Below, piece by piece: positions 9,430 through 18,838 of a DNA stretch of 64,000 nucleotides (position 1 is the stretch's first letter; each line of letters begins with the position of its first letter). A model generated the notes under the pieces. The model did no database searches. It was not told the origin of the DNA and was given only the letters and a program-made list of their open reading frames with translations. A program made the position numbers and the translations under genes. The DNA is from an uncultured Acidobacteriaceae bacterium (GTDB taxonomy: Bacteria; Acidobacteriota; Terriglobia; Terriglobales; Acidobacteriaceae): the NCBI GenBank assembly GCA_963725975.1, contig CAVSBA010000006.1, positions 10,799 to 74,798 on the forward strand, in the 5' to 3' direction.

Positions 9430-10880
9430 TCCATCCGGTTGAGACGTTCGGGACTTCTTCCACCCTCCCGGTGGAAGCCATTCCGAAGCACCGGGAACGT
9501 TTTGAGGTAATCGTCGCGATCGTTGAGCGACTGGCCGATCTGATTGCAGTCCTGGCAGCGGAGGTTTCGGCGTACGGCATCTACAAGATTTTGCGTATCG
9601 GAAGACATCTTCACTATTCCGGCGCCTCTGCGGTTTCGTCATACATCGGCTTCGCAGCCTTGTTCGTGTTGCTTTTGGATCACGACGGGGCTTACAAGCA
9701 AGCCAACAGTTTTCTCCGCATTCGCGAGACTGAACGCATACTGCGGGTAACGACGCAGGCCTTCGCAGTCATTTTCTCAATAAGTTTCCTTTACTCGCAG
9801 ATGTTTTCACGCTGGGTAACTCTTCTGGCTGCCATTCTGGTGCCGCTCCTGGTTATTTCCGAAAAACAGCTGGTATTTATTCTGGTTCGCCAGCTTCACT
9901 CCCGCGGCTATGGTTTGCAGAACGTATTAATATACGGCGGGGGACTTACCGGCCGGCGCGTTTTCTCCGCTCTTCTCCATTCCCCGAAGCTGGGTATGAA
10001 TCCCATCGCCATTGTCGACGACGATAAAAATCTTGCCGGCAATCGCATCTATGAGTATGGCTACACGCGTAAGCGCTGGGCCCCGGTTATCGAGGGTCCC
10101 CTGAGCAGGGACCTGATCGCTGAGTTGACAGTTAGCTTAGTGGTAGTGGGAATTCCATCGTTACCCCAGGACCGGCTCAAGGAGCTTGCGGAAGAAGCCT
10201 TCGCGGCCGGTGCCACGCTGGCATTTGTTCCCCAACTGACTTGTGGTTCGGAATCGCCTACACGCTACGTTGACATCGACGGCTTGCTCATAGCGTCCAT
10301 GGATCTTTCTAAGCCGAAGCGTTTGTATGAAGTTACAAAACGTGCCGGCGACTTTATTCTCGCCCTGCTCCTGATGGTGTTCACGCTGCCACTGTGGGGC
10401 GTACTTGCCGCTCTTATTTGTTTGGACTCCAAAGGTCCGGCCCTGTTCAGCCAATTGAGAGTGGGGCGGCAAAACCGGGTGTTTAAGCTTTACAAATTTC
10501 GCACCATGCGCCTTGACGCGCCCAAATACGGCATCCATCCCACCACCAGCGATGACCCGCGAATCACCCGGCTTGGTCGCTGGCTGCGCCGCTCCAGTCT
10601 TGACGAGTTGCCTCAGCTTATCAATGTCTTAAAGGGCGAGATGTCGCTGGTCGGCCCCCGCCCCGAAATGCCGTTTATTGTGGAGACTTACAACCTCAAC
10701 CAGCGGCAACGGCTGCAAGTGACGCCGGGATTAACTGGGTTGTGGCAGTTAAGCGCGGACCGCTCCCTGTTGATCCATGAAAACATTCAATATGATCTCT
10801 ACTACATTCGGCACAGGAATTTCTTCATGGATCTCGCGATCCTACTGCATACGGTCGCATTTGCGATGAAAGGTATGTAA
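9411..10880 (+). CDS. Priming polyprenyl glycosylphosphotransferase (WcaJ/WbaP-like sugar transferase)
   Basis: N-terminal TM helices; KRAGD, FKLYKFRTM, DDPRITRLG, SLDELPQLINVLKGEMSLVGPRPE, PGLTGLWQ. Alternative start 9378. Confidence 0.93.
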   Translation: MGSVKLVHPVETFGTSSTLPVEAIPKHRERFEVIVAIVERLADLIAVLAAEVSAYGIYKILRIGRHLHYSGASAVSSYIGFAALFVLLLDHDGAYKQANSFLRIRETERILRVTTQAFAVIFSISFLYSQMFSRWVTLLAAILVPLLVISEKQLVFILVRQLHSRGYGLQNVLIYGGGLTGRRVFSALLHSPKLGMNPIAIVDDDKNLAGNRIYEYGYTRKRWAPVIEGPLSRDLIAELTVSLVVVGIPSLPQDRLKELAEEAFAAGATLAFVPQLTCGSESPTRYVDIDGLLIASMDLSKPKRLYEVTKRAGDFILALLLMVFTLPLWGVLAALICLDSKGPALFSQLRVGRQNRVFKLYKFRTMRLDAPKYGIHPTTSDDPRITRLGRWLRRSSLDELPQLINVLKGEMSLVGPRPEMPFIVETYNLNQRQRLQVTPGLTGLWQLSADRSLLIHENIQYDLYYIRHRNFFMDLAILLHTVAFAMKGM

Positions 10881-11026
10881 CGCGCGGCGCAAAGACGCCA
10901 GATTCCAATGTGGAGTCGACGAAAAGCATCGGCTGCCGCGCATTGCAATCAGAGCGCAGCAAGCTCAGACTCCGATAATCGAGCGGCATGGAAGCATTCC
11001 ATCCGCGTTATGAGGTACGGTTCACA

Positions 11027-11746
11027 ATGAAATGCCAATTGGTTGCATGGTTAGCATTCGCCCTCGTTGCAGGAATCCCCGCACTAAGTCAGGATTCCAC
11101 CGTCTCAGATCACAACGTGGACAGCAGTTCACTCTCCGCCGTGAAGTCGGTAGGCTCCACCACCCCACAGCTTGTCGAACGGTATCCGCGCTACAAGCTG
11201 CGCATGGGCGATAGCTTCGATGTGAACTTTACGCTATCCCCCGAATTCAACCAGACGGTCTCCGTGGAGCCAGACGGCTACATCACCTTAAAGGATGCCG
11301 GGTCGATCTATGTCGAGGGTCAAACCCTGCCCCAGGTGACGGAAGCTGTCAAGCAGGCCTATGCAAGCATTCTCCACGACCCAATCATCTCGCTCACGCC
11401 AAGAGACTTTGAAAAGCCCTATTTCATTGCGGCGGGACAGGTGGGTAAGCCGGGCAAGTACGACCTGCGCGGCGACCTTACTGTCACGCAGGCAATAGCG
11501 GTGGCCGGAGGCTTCGACGAGAAATCCAAGCATTCCCAGGTGGTGCTGTTTCGTCCCGTGCCAGGGGGCGGGTTTGAAACCAAGGTTATTAATGTGAAAC
11601 ACCTGCTCGCTTCCCGTGACCTGTCAGAAGACGTCCATATCCAACCCGGAGATACGCTCTACGTACCGCAGAACGCCATTTCAAAAATCCGGCCGTTTTT
11701 GCCATCCGAAGGCATGGGGGCGTACCTCGGCCCCGGCATGCTTTAA
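11027..11746 (+). CDS. wza: Polysaccharide export protein (Poly_export + SLBB), short OPX
   Basis: YKLRMGD...VEPDGYITL...G.I.VEGQT, GQVGKPGKY, QAIAVAGG, IQPGDTLYVP. Sec signal; RBS GAGGT. Confidence 0.88.
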   Translation: MKCQLVAWLAFALVAGIPALSQDSTVSDHNVDSSSLSAVKSVGSTTPQLVERYPRYKLRMGDSFDVNFTLSPEFNQTVSVEPDGYITLKDAGSIYVEGQTLPQVTEAVKQAYASILHDPIISLTPRDFEKPYFIAAGQVGKPGKYDLRGDLTVTQAIAVAGGFDEKSKHSQVVLFRPVPGGGFETKVINVKHLLASRDLSEDVHIQPGDTLYVPQNAISKIRPFLPSEGMGAYLGPGML

Positions 11747-11759
11747 GTTGAGGAACAAT

Positions 11760-13244
11760 ATGCAAAGTGATCTCGTGGCACTGCAACCAATCAACGAGCA
11801 GTCGGTTGGGTATTACTCCCGCCAACCAATACCTACTCTGCGCGACCTCGCGTCGGTGCTGTTTCGGCAGCGTCGGCCACTGCTCATCGTCTTTGTCCTC
11901 GCCATCCTCGGTGTAGCCTGTTCGGGCGTGTGGATCCCGTCGTACGAGGGTCACATGAAGATCATGGTTCTGCGTCAGCGCACGGACACGATGGTAAGCC
12001 CTGATGCGAATGCCCCACCTGAGTACGGTAACGACCAGGTTAGCGACCAGGATCTCAACTCCGAAGTCGAGTTGCTGAACAGCGACGACCTGCTGCGCAC
12101 CGTCGTTCAATCCGCAAATCTGGCTGGAGCGAACGCAAATGACCGGCAGATCGCAAAAGCCGTGCAACGACTGGGCAAGGCGCTGAAGATAGCACCCGTA
12201 CGCCAGTCGAATGTGATCTCGGTGAGCTATCAAGCCTCGAACCCGAAGGTCGCGCAAAGGGTTCTTCAGGCGGTGGCTGCGGCTTACATGCAGAAGCACC
12301 TCGCGGTGCACAGCGCCCCGGGCGAATTTCAGTTCTTCGACGAGCAGGCCGCTAAATACAAGCAGGGTATGACTCAGGCGCAAGACCAGCTCACGGCCTT
12401 TACCAAGGGTACCGGGGTTGTTTCTGCCGACCAGGAGCGGGACGCAGCTCTGCGCCAGGCCGCCGACTTCGATGCCGCCGCTCGTCAGGCACAGGACTCA
12501 GTGCATCAAGTAGAAGGACGTGTGACCTCGCTTCAGTCTATCCTGCATTCCATCGATCCGAGAGTGACGACTGTTGTGCGCAATTCTGACAATCCGGAGC
12601 TGATGGAGCAATTGAAGTCGACTCTTCTTAACCTGGAACTCAAAAGGACAGACCTTCTCACCAAGTACAACGCCAGTTATCCCTTGGTTCAGGACGTTAA
12701 CGCACAGATTGCGGAGGCACAGAGAGCCATCAGCACGGAACAAAGCCATCCCATGCGCGATGTGAGCTCTGACCAAAATCCTGACTTCCAGTGGGTCCAG
12801 AGCGAACTCACGAAAGCTCAGGCAGAACTCAGCGGGCAGAAAGCACAGGCGCAGGCAGCGGCTTCCGAAGCGGCAAAATACTATGCACAGGCTGAAGTTC
12901 TGGGTCACGATGCGATCACCCAGCAAAATCTCCAGCAAGCCTCCAAAACCGAAGAAGATAATTATGAGTTATACGAGCGTAAGCGCGAGGAAGCCCGGAT
13001 AAGCAACGCTCTCAACAAAATAGGCTTCCTGAATGTTGCCCTGGCGGAGCCGCCGACGGTATCGCCGCTTCCCAGGTGGTCTACTCTTTCCTTGGTTCTC
13101 CTCGCTTTGGTGTTGGCTGTAATCTGCAGTATTTCCACCGCATTCGTAGTCGATGCAGTAGACTCCACATTCCGCACGCCAGACGAGCTGGCCGGCTATC
13201 TAGGGGTGCCGGTGCTTGCCGCACTGCCGCGGGATGGAGCGTAG
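11760..13244 (+). CDS. GumC/Wzz-like polysaccharide co-polymerase (Wzc periplasmic part)
   Basis: Two TM segments flanking a coiled coil; NSEVELLNS, KYNASYPLV; C-terminal DSTFRTPDEL...LGVPVLAALP; RBS GAGGA. Confidence 0.88.
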   Translation: MQSDLVALQPINEQSVGYYSRQPIPTLRDLASVLFRQRRPLLIVFVLAILGVACSGVWIPSYEGHMKIMVLRQRTDTMVSPDANAPPEYGNDQVSDQDLNSEVELLNSDDLLRTVVQSANLAGANANDRQIAKAVQRLGKALKIAPVRQSNVISVSYQASNPKVAQRVLQAVAAAYMQKHLAVHSAPGEFQFFDEQAAKYKQGMTQAQDQLTAFTKGTGVVSADQERDAALRQAADFDAAARQAQDSVHQVEGRVTSLQSILHSIDPRVTTVVRNSDNPELMEQLKSTLLNLELKRTDLLTKYNASYPLVQDVNAQIAEAQRAISTEQSHPMRDVSSDQNPDFQWVQSELTKAQAELSGQKAQAQAAASEAAKYYAQAEVLGHDAITQQNLQQASKTEEDNYELYERKREEARISNALNKIGFLNVALAEPPTVSPLPRWSTLSLVLLALVLAVICSISTAFVVDAVDSTFRTPDELAGYLGVPVLAALPRDGA

Positions 13245-13248
13245 CACG

Positions 13249-14598
13249 ATGGTCAACGAATACTTCGGCTTTCAGCGTGAGCCGTTTGGGGCCAACCCCG
13301 ATCCACGATGCTTGTATCTCAGCCACACGCATCGCGAGGCTCTGGCATCGCTCGACTACGCCTACATGATTAACCGCGGCTTTACCGCCCTGATTGCGCC
13401 TCCGGGGATGGGAAAGACTACGCTGTTATATGGCTTTCTCGGTGCGATCCAGAACTGCGCGCGTAGCTCATTTCTTTTCGATATCGATCCGCACTGCGAT
13501 CCGCAGGAGCTGGTCGCCTATATTTTGCGAGACCTGGGCGTCGTGCCCGGACAGAGCCGTGCCGAGATGCACGAGCAGTTTACTGCAGCCTTGGCCGCGG
13601 AAGAAAGAGCAGGCAGAAGGGTTGTAGTCGCAATTGACGAGGCCCAGAATCTTTCGGATGCAATGCTGGAAAGGCTCAGACTGCTCACCAATTTTGAGAC
13701 AAGCCATGGGAAGCTGATGCAGGTGGTCCTTTCGGGGCAGCCCTCGTTGCTTGACAACCTACGCAAGCCGTCTCTCATACAGCTTCGCCAGCGTATCGCG
13801 ACCATATCTCGCATTGAACCGCTGCTGACCGGCGAGACCAGCGAGTACATCAAGCATCGATTGAATTATGCCGGCCATTTCGATGAGCACCTGTTCAGGA
13901 AGGAAGCGGTGGCGTTGATCACGGAGGCGAGCGAAGGCATACCCCGGATCATCAACACCCTATGCTTCAATGCGCTGTCGCTCTGCTATGCGGTTAAGGA
14001 AAAACGAGTGGATCGTGATATGGTCTCCGAAATAATCTCAGACCTGCAGTTGCGCCCGACATTACGGGAATATGCGACCGACGGGGCGGATGATCAACAC
14101 ACGGCGGCAACGCCCCACTTATCCAAACGGCGGGAGCGTTCGAAGCAGCCGAGACGTGGGCGATTTTGGAAAGTGTGGGCTCCAGCGTGCGTGGTGGCGC
14201 TGGCCTTGGGCATCGTGGGAATGTTGGGAGTTACCAGGCTCTCCACCGTCCAGACTCACTGGGTTAGCGACGCTCCAGCCGCAATGTCGGCCTCCAGAGG
14301 AAACCCCTTTGATGGAGGGGATGGGCCAAACACGGCAAAGAGCGCCGATACTGACTCGAGCGCAACTGGGTCTCTGCGTGAAGTGACCGTAACACCGAAT
14401 CAAGGGATCGCAGACATTTCTAATGAGTACTTAGGCGGATATGACTTACAGCGCTTGCATAAAATTCAGGCGCTCAATCCGGAGATAACCGATCCGGATC
14501 AAATTAGAGTCGGTCAAAAGATCCGGCTACCGAAAAGTCAAGCCCCTAAAGTGACAACAACCCTTACCACGCCACCAGGCGGGAGGACCGCTCCATGA
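13249..14598 (+). CDS. ExeA/GspA-like AAA ATPase with TM helix and C-terminal LysM-like domain
   Basis: YFGFQREPF..NPDP, Walker A APPGMGKTT, Walker B VVAIDEAQ, LSGQP, QLRQRI, GIPRIIN; then a TM helix; then IQALNPEITDPDQIRVGQKIRLP (LysM). Confidence 0.88.
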   Translation: MVNEYFGFQREPFGANPDPRCLYLSHTHREALASLDYAYMINRGFTALIAPPGMGKTTLLYGFLGAIQNCARSSFLFDIDPHCDPQELVAYILRDLGVVPGQSRAEMHEQFTAALAAEERAGRRVVVAIDEAQNLSDAMLERLRLLTNFETSHGKLMQVVLSGQPSLLDNLRKPSLIQLRQRIATISRIEPLLTGETSEYIKHRLNYAGHFDEHLFRKEAVALITEASEGIPRIINTLCFNALSLCYAVKEKRVDRDMVSEIISDLQLRPTLREYATDGADDQHTAATPHLSKRRERSKQPRRGRFWKVWAPACVVALALGIVGMLGVTRLSTVQTHWVSDAPAAMSASRGNPFDGGDGPNTAKSADTDSSATGSLREVTVTPNQGIADISNEYLGGYDLQRLHKIQALNPEITDPDQIRVGQKIRLPKSQAPKVTTTLTTPPGGRTAP

Positions 14599-15332
14599 GC
14601 CGCAACTTTGAATTGATGACACAGCTTGAGCGAGATTCACGCACAAGCGACTTAGAGCAATCAGCCACGGCCAATCGTCGCGTGCCAATGCGAATTGCTC
14701 CAGTCCCTTCCGGTTCGGATTCCGGCGCGCAAGAGATGTTGCGTCTTATTCAACGCATATTCCTCTCCATCGACGGAAAAGGGCCGCGGCAGGTTGTGCT
14801 CTGTGGAGTAGACGATGAGTATGGTAGCATTTCGGTCGGCGCGAGGGCGGCGAGGATCCTAGCCGCCAACAGTGCGCGCCCGGTGTGCATCGTCGACGCC
14901 AATACGAGGTCGTCGGGCCTTCTGGCATCATTTGGTCTCGATAGCGCGGCGCTGCCTTCCGGCAATTCCAAATCTATCGATGAACAGTGCATTGAAATCG
15001 CCCACAATCTCTGGTTGGCTGGGCCTCAAATCCTGGCTGAAGAAGGGCGCGTGCTGCTGCCCCCAGATCAGCTTAAAGAGCGCTTCGCTCAACTCCGTGA
15101 AACATTTCAATATATGCTCATTGTCGCCCCGGCTGTAGGGACGTGTGGAGACGCTCAGCTGTTAGGTCTGGTTGCCGATGCAGCCATTCTCGTTGTAGAG
15201 GCCAACAAGACACGCCGCCTCCCCGCACGAAAGGCAAAGGAAGCGCTGGAAGCGGCTGGCGTTCATGTGTTGGGAACTGTGTTACACAACAGATCGTTTC
15301 CGATTCCCGAACGCGTCTATCGCCGTCTCTAG
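14595..15332 (+). CDS. CpsD/CapB-like BY-kinase homologue with degenerate motifs (probable pseudokinase)
   Basis: VCIVDANTR, ADAAILVVEANKTRR, VLGTVLHN fit the family; Walker A and B are degenerate; ATGA overlap with the ATPase gene. Confidence 0.8.
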   Translation: MSRNFELMTQLERDSRTSDLEQSATANRRVPMRIAPVPSGSDSGAQEMLRLIQRIFLSIDGKGPRQVVLCGVDDEYGSISVGARAARILAANSARPVCIVDANTRSSGLLASFGLDSAALPSGNSKSIDEQCIEIAHNLWLAGPQILAEEGRVLLPPDQLKERFAQLRETFQYMLIVAPAVGTCGDAQLLGLVADAAILVVEANKTRRLPARKAKEALEAAGVHVLGTVLHNRSFPIPERVYRRL

Positions 15333-15438
15333 AACCGGTTTCGTCAAATGGCTTTGCTGCCTCGCGCGCACGCTCGTCACGAGTCAATCAACAAGTCTTC
15401 ATGCTCATGAAGTCTAACTACCAGGTGGAAGCGCACCA

Positions 15439-16719
15439 ATGAATTCCGCAACTGTGCAGAGTGTTAACGAGAGCGCTATGCCCAATCCGACAGCCGGTGT
15501 GCGTCGTTTCGCAACGCCGCTCCAGCAGGCTTGGGTCAGGTCCTCCCAACAGGCCACGTTTCTTGAGCGTGTGGTCACCGTTCTGTTGTCGGCGTTTGTC
15601 TTCGCTCTGCCCACGGATTTCCATCCAGTCAGTGGATTGTCTCTCACTCTACCCATAGGAAGTTTGTGTATCGCGCTGGCATTGCTCAGCATCGCGAAGC
15701 GTAACACAACTGTCAGGCTTGGTCCCGGAATATGGCTCTTGGCGGGGTTTGTCATCTGGTCAACGATCAGCCTCGCGTGGTGTGAGTATCCCGGCAATGC
15801 AATGCCGAAACTGATCAAGTATTGGGAATTCCTCCCCATGACATGGGTGATCACGCAATATGCATGGGATCGGCGCACACGCGTGAGACTCTTCGATGCG
15901 TATCTCGCCGGATGTTGCTTTGGAATCGTGGGCATTATTCACAATTTCATGGCCGGCACTATCTTCTTTATTCCGGGCGCAGAAGAAGCGGGAGTGCGTT
16001 ATAGCTTTTCAACAGACCCTAATTATCTGGCGTTGGCCCTGGTGATAGGTATGCCCATCGCGCTCTATCGGGCCGCATCGCTCCGCAAACGGTGGGCAAA
16101 AATCATCATCGTATCCTATCTGCCCGCAGCCATTCTGGGAGTGGGACTGACTGGATCCCGGGGTGCATTCCTGGCTCTGCTTGCAGCGGTCTTAGTATTT
16201 GCTGCGTTTCTTACTTTCTGGAAACGCGTCATTCTATTAGGCGTTGTTGCGGCATTTGCGGTACTGGCATTTGCACTGCCGTCAAGCATCACCTGGCGCT
16301 TATCGACTACCGTCAGCGAAATAAGCCACGGAACGCTCGATGGCCGTACAAAACTCTGGGACCAGGCGCCCAGGCTCATTGAAGAACACCCACTTGGCGG
16401 AATGGGAGCGGGAGCAGCTGAGGGTGTCTTTGACTACGCGGCACACAATACGCCGCTGGAACTACAGCTGGAGGGTGGCGTGATTGGACTGGCGCTCTTC
16501 TATGGCGCCTTCGCTTACAGCCTCTACTTCACCCTGAAGATCAGAAGTAGAGAACGAAATTTGCTGGTAATCATCTCCGTCATCTGGCTGGTGGGCACAC
16601 TGTCTATTAGCTGGGATACGAATCTAGTTACCTGGTTTATTCTCGCCATCCTGTTTTCGGTGAGCTCGATCCGGCACCCGGCTCAAACCTACACCCTGGC
16701 GGCCGTGCCAAATCGCTGA
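15439..16719 (+). CDS. O-antigen ligase/Wzy-like polymerase
   Basis: Many TM helices; DPNYLA, LTGSRGA, GRTKLW...HPLGGMG.G, AHNTPL motifs. Confidence 0.85.
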   Translation: MNSATVQSVNESAMPNPTAGVRRFATPLQQAWVRSSQQATFLERVVTVLLSAFVFALPTDFHPVSGLSLTLPIGSLCIALALLSIAKRNTTVRLGPGIWLLAGFVIWSTISLAWCEYPGNAMPKLIKYWEFLPMTWVITQYAWDRRTRVRLFDAYLAGCCFGIVGIIHNFMAGTIFFIPGAEEAGVRYSFSTDPNYLALALVIGMPIALYRAASLRKRWAKIIIVSYLPAAILGVGLTGSRGAFLALLAAVLVFAAFLTFWKRVILLGVVAAFAVLAFALPSSITWRLSTTVSEISHGTLDGRTKLWDQAPRLIEEHPLGGMGAGAAEGVFDYAAHNTPLELQLEGGVIGLALFYGAFAYSLYFTLKIRSRERNLLVIISVIWLVGTLSISWDTNLVTWFILAILFSVSSIRHPAQTYTLAAVPNR

Positions 16720-16756
16720 AGAGTTGTTCTGATAGGCACCTACTCTTAGATTAGCA

Positions 16757-17689
16757 GTGCTCATAAGGAGACCGGCGTTGCGAATATCTGTCATTACAAC
16801 GACATACAATGCCATCCCGCACATTGTGGCTACAACCAGATCGGTTCTGCAGTCATCCTACAGCGACTTAGAGTATCTCATCATTGACGCAGGATCAACT
16901 GACGGCACACTAGAATACCTTCGCGGGATCGACGATCCCCGAGTGCGTCTACAGGTTAAGCCGGGAATGCGGCAATATGAGGCCTTGGACTGGGGATTAA
17001 AGCACGCCACAGGAGACATACAATCTTGGCTCAATGGTGATGATCTGTACTATCCGGGGACTATCGCGTGTGTAGCCCAACTTTTCACGGAGTTTCCCGA
17101 CGTACACTGGATCACGGGTCTCCCGTCGTTCGTTGATGAGGAAGGGCGGTGTACGATGATTGCCGTTCTTAGCTCTTACCCCAGACGATATATACAAAAT
17201 GGATGGTTTACCGAATTGACCTTTGGAAACCTCATACAGGAGAGCATGTTTTGGCGGCAAGGTCTGTATCAGTCAGCCGGCGGATTGAACCTAAATTACG
17301 ATCTTGCGGCTGACTTTGAACTATGGACACGCTTCGCGCGACTGACGCCCCTCGTAGTCGTCAGTTCGCTCCTGGCATCCTGGCGCCGGCATGGAGGGAA
17401 TAGGTCTCTTGTTGGTGCCTCGCTCTATCAGAGTGAAGTTGCTTCGGCTCGACGCACTTTGAAGCCGATGAATGCGGTCAAAGCCTGGTTGTGCGGACAC
17501 CGCATGACGAGGCAGGCACTGCGTCTTGCGGAGTGGCATAGGACTCCGTGGATATATTTCTCAACCACGGAGTCGCGATGGAAGCGATCAACTGCATTTC
17601 GCCCCATCGCGCGCTATAGCTTTCAACATCTGCTGAGGGAATGTTACTCGGCGATGCAGCTAATGTACCGGCGTGAACCAATACTATAG
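16757..17689 (+). CDS. Glycosyltransferase family 2
   Basis: ISVITTTYN, IIDAGSTDGT, WLNGDD, QESMFWR, ADFELW. Confidence 0.9.
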   Translation: MLIRRPALRISVITTTYNAIPHIVATTRSVLQSSYSDLEYLIIDAGSTDGTLEYLRGIDDPRVRLQVKPGMRQYEALDWGLKHATGDIQSWLNGDDLYYPGTIACVAQLFTEFPDVHWITGLPSFVDEEGRCTMIAVLSSYPRRYIQNGWFTELTFGNLIQESMFWRQGLYQSAGGLNLNYDLAADFELWTRFARLTPLVVVSSLLASWRRHGGNRSLVGASLYQSEVASARRTLKPMNAVKAWLCGHRMTRQALRLAEWHRTPWIYFSTTESRWKRSTAFRPIARYSFQHLLRECYSAMQLMYRREPIL

Positions 17690-17692
17690 CCC

Positions 17693-18838
17693 ATGCGAAT
17701 TGCACAGGTAATTCAAAATTTGGAGTGCGGCGGTTCGTCGGCCATGGCTGTTGCCCTATCCGCGACGTTCGCGCAGATCGGGCACCAGGTCGAGGTCATA
17801 TGCCTCGACGGTCAATGCGGCAGTAGCCACGAGCTCCTGTTCGCGAAGGTACTTCAGGAGCACCACGTCAATTTGCGTTTCTTGGGGCGGAAGAAGAAAT
17901 GGCCCGGCCTTCTTGCGGCCGCAAAGCTGTGGTGGATCGTTCAACGCGGGCGATTCGATGTGGTACATTCTCACCTGTCTATGCCGGACGCGCTGGTAGG
18001 CCTCATTCGGCGCATTACGGTGACTGGTGTCACGCACGTGCTAACTGTTCACAGCACAATTGAGCCGCGTTCGCAGTTTAGGGCGGCATTAGCCGGTGGT
18101 AGCAACGTCGTCTATTGTTCTCAGGCTGCACAACGAAAGAGCCGCCCGCTCCTGAGCGTATCGAGCACGGTCATCCCGAACGGCATCTCTCAGTCGGACT
18201 ATCTGACGGCCGCTGGGCAGAGAGCCGAGACACGACAGCAGCTAGGTGTGCCGATAGACGCCCCAGTGGTCATGCTCGCGGGTCGCTTGTGCCGGCAGAA
18301 GCGCTTTGATTTATCGCTTGACGCGTTGCGCGTCCTGCATGAAAGGAAGTCTTTCACGAATCTCCACTATCTATGCTGCGGTGATGGAGAAGAGAGAGAC
18401 CGGTTAGTGAACCAATCAAGGTGCGCGGGATTGGATGACGTACTACGGTTTTGCGGGAGCAGAACCGACATCTCAGCAATGTTTGGGGCGAGCGATGTGT
18501 TCTTGAGTACGTCTCTTTTCGAGGGAATGCCCCTGGTTGTTCTGGAAGCCTTAACCGCGGGCCTTCCGTGCGTCCTCTCCACGATTGATGAGCACTACGA
18601 GATTGCCGGAAATATGCCAGGTTGTATATTCGTGCAAGCGGATGATCCCGAATCGGTTGCGTCGGCCTTAGCGGCCTGCTTGGAAATGAAAGTGTCGCCC
18701 AGCGCTCTGCGGCGTGAGCGGGCGTCCCTTCTCGAAAAGTACTCAATTGATGGCTGCGCGCGATCGTACTTGTCTCTTTACGAATCGCTCAGCAGTCAAG
18801 GCCAGAATCTGCCTGTGGCGTTGCCAAAAGCGCACTGA
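17693..18838 (+). CDS. Glycosyltransferase family 4
   Basis: GG in N-terminal loop, DVVHSH, VIPNGI, GRLxxQK, FEGMPLVVLEALTAGLP. Confidence 0.9.
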   Translation: MRIAQVIQNLECGGSSAMAVALSATFAQIGHQVEVICLDGQCGSSHELLFAKVLQEHHVNLRFLGRKKKWPGLLAAAKLWWIVQRGRFDVVHSHLSMPDALVGLIRRITVTGVTHVLTVHSTIEPRSQFRAALAGGSNVVYCSQAAQRKSRPLLSVSSTVIPNGISQSDYLTAAGQRAETRQQLGVPIDAPVVMLAGRLCRQKRFDLSLDALRVLHERKSFTNLHYLCCGDGEERDRLVNQSRCAGLDDVLRFCGSRTDISAMFGASDVFLSTSLFEGMPLVVLEALTAGLPCVLSTIDEHYEIAGNMPGCIFVQADDPESVASALAACLEMKVSPSALRRERASLLEKYSIDGCARSYLSLYESLSSQGQNLPVALPKAH

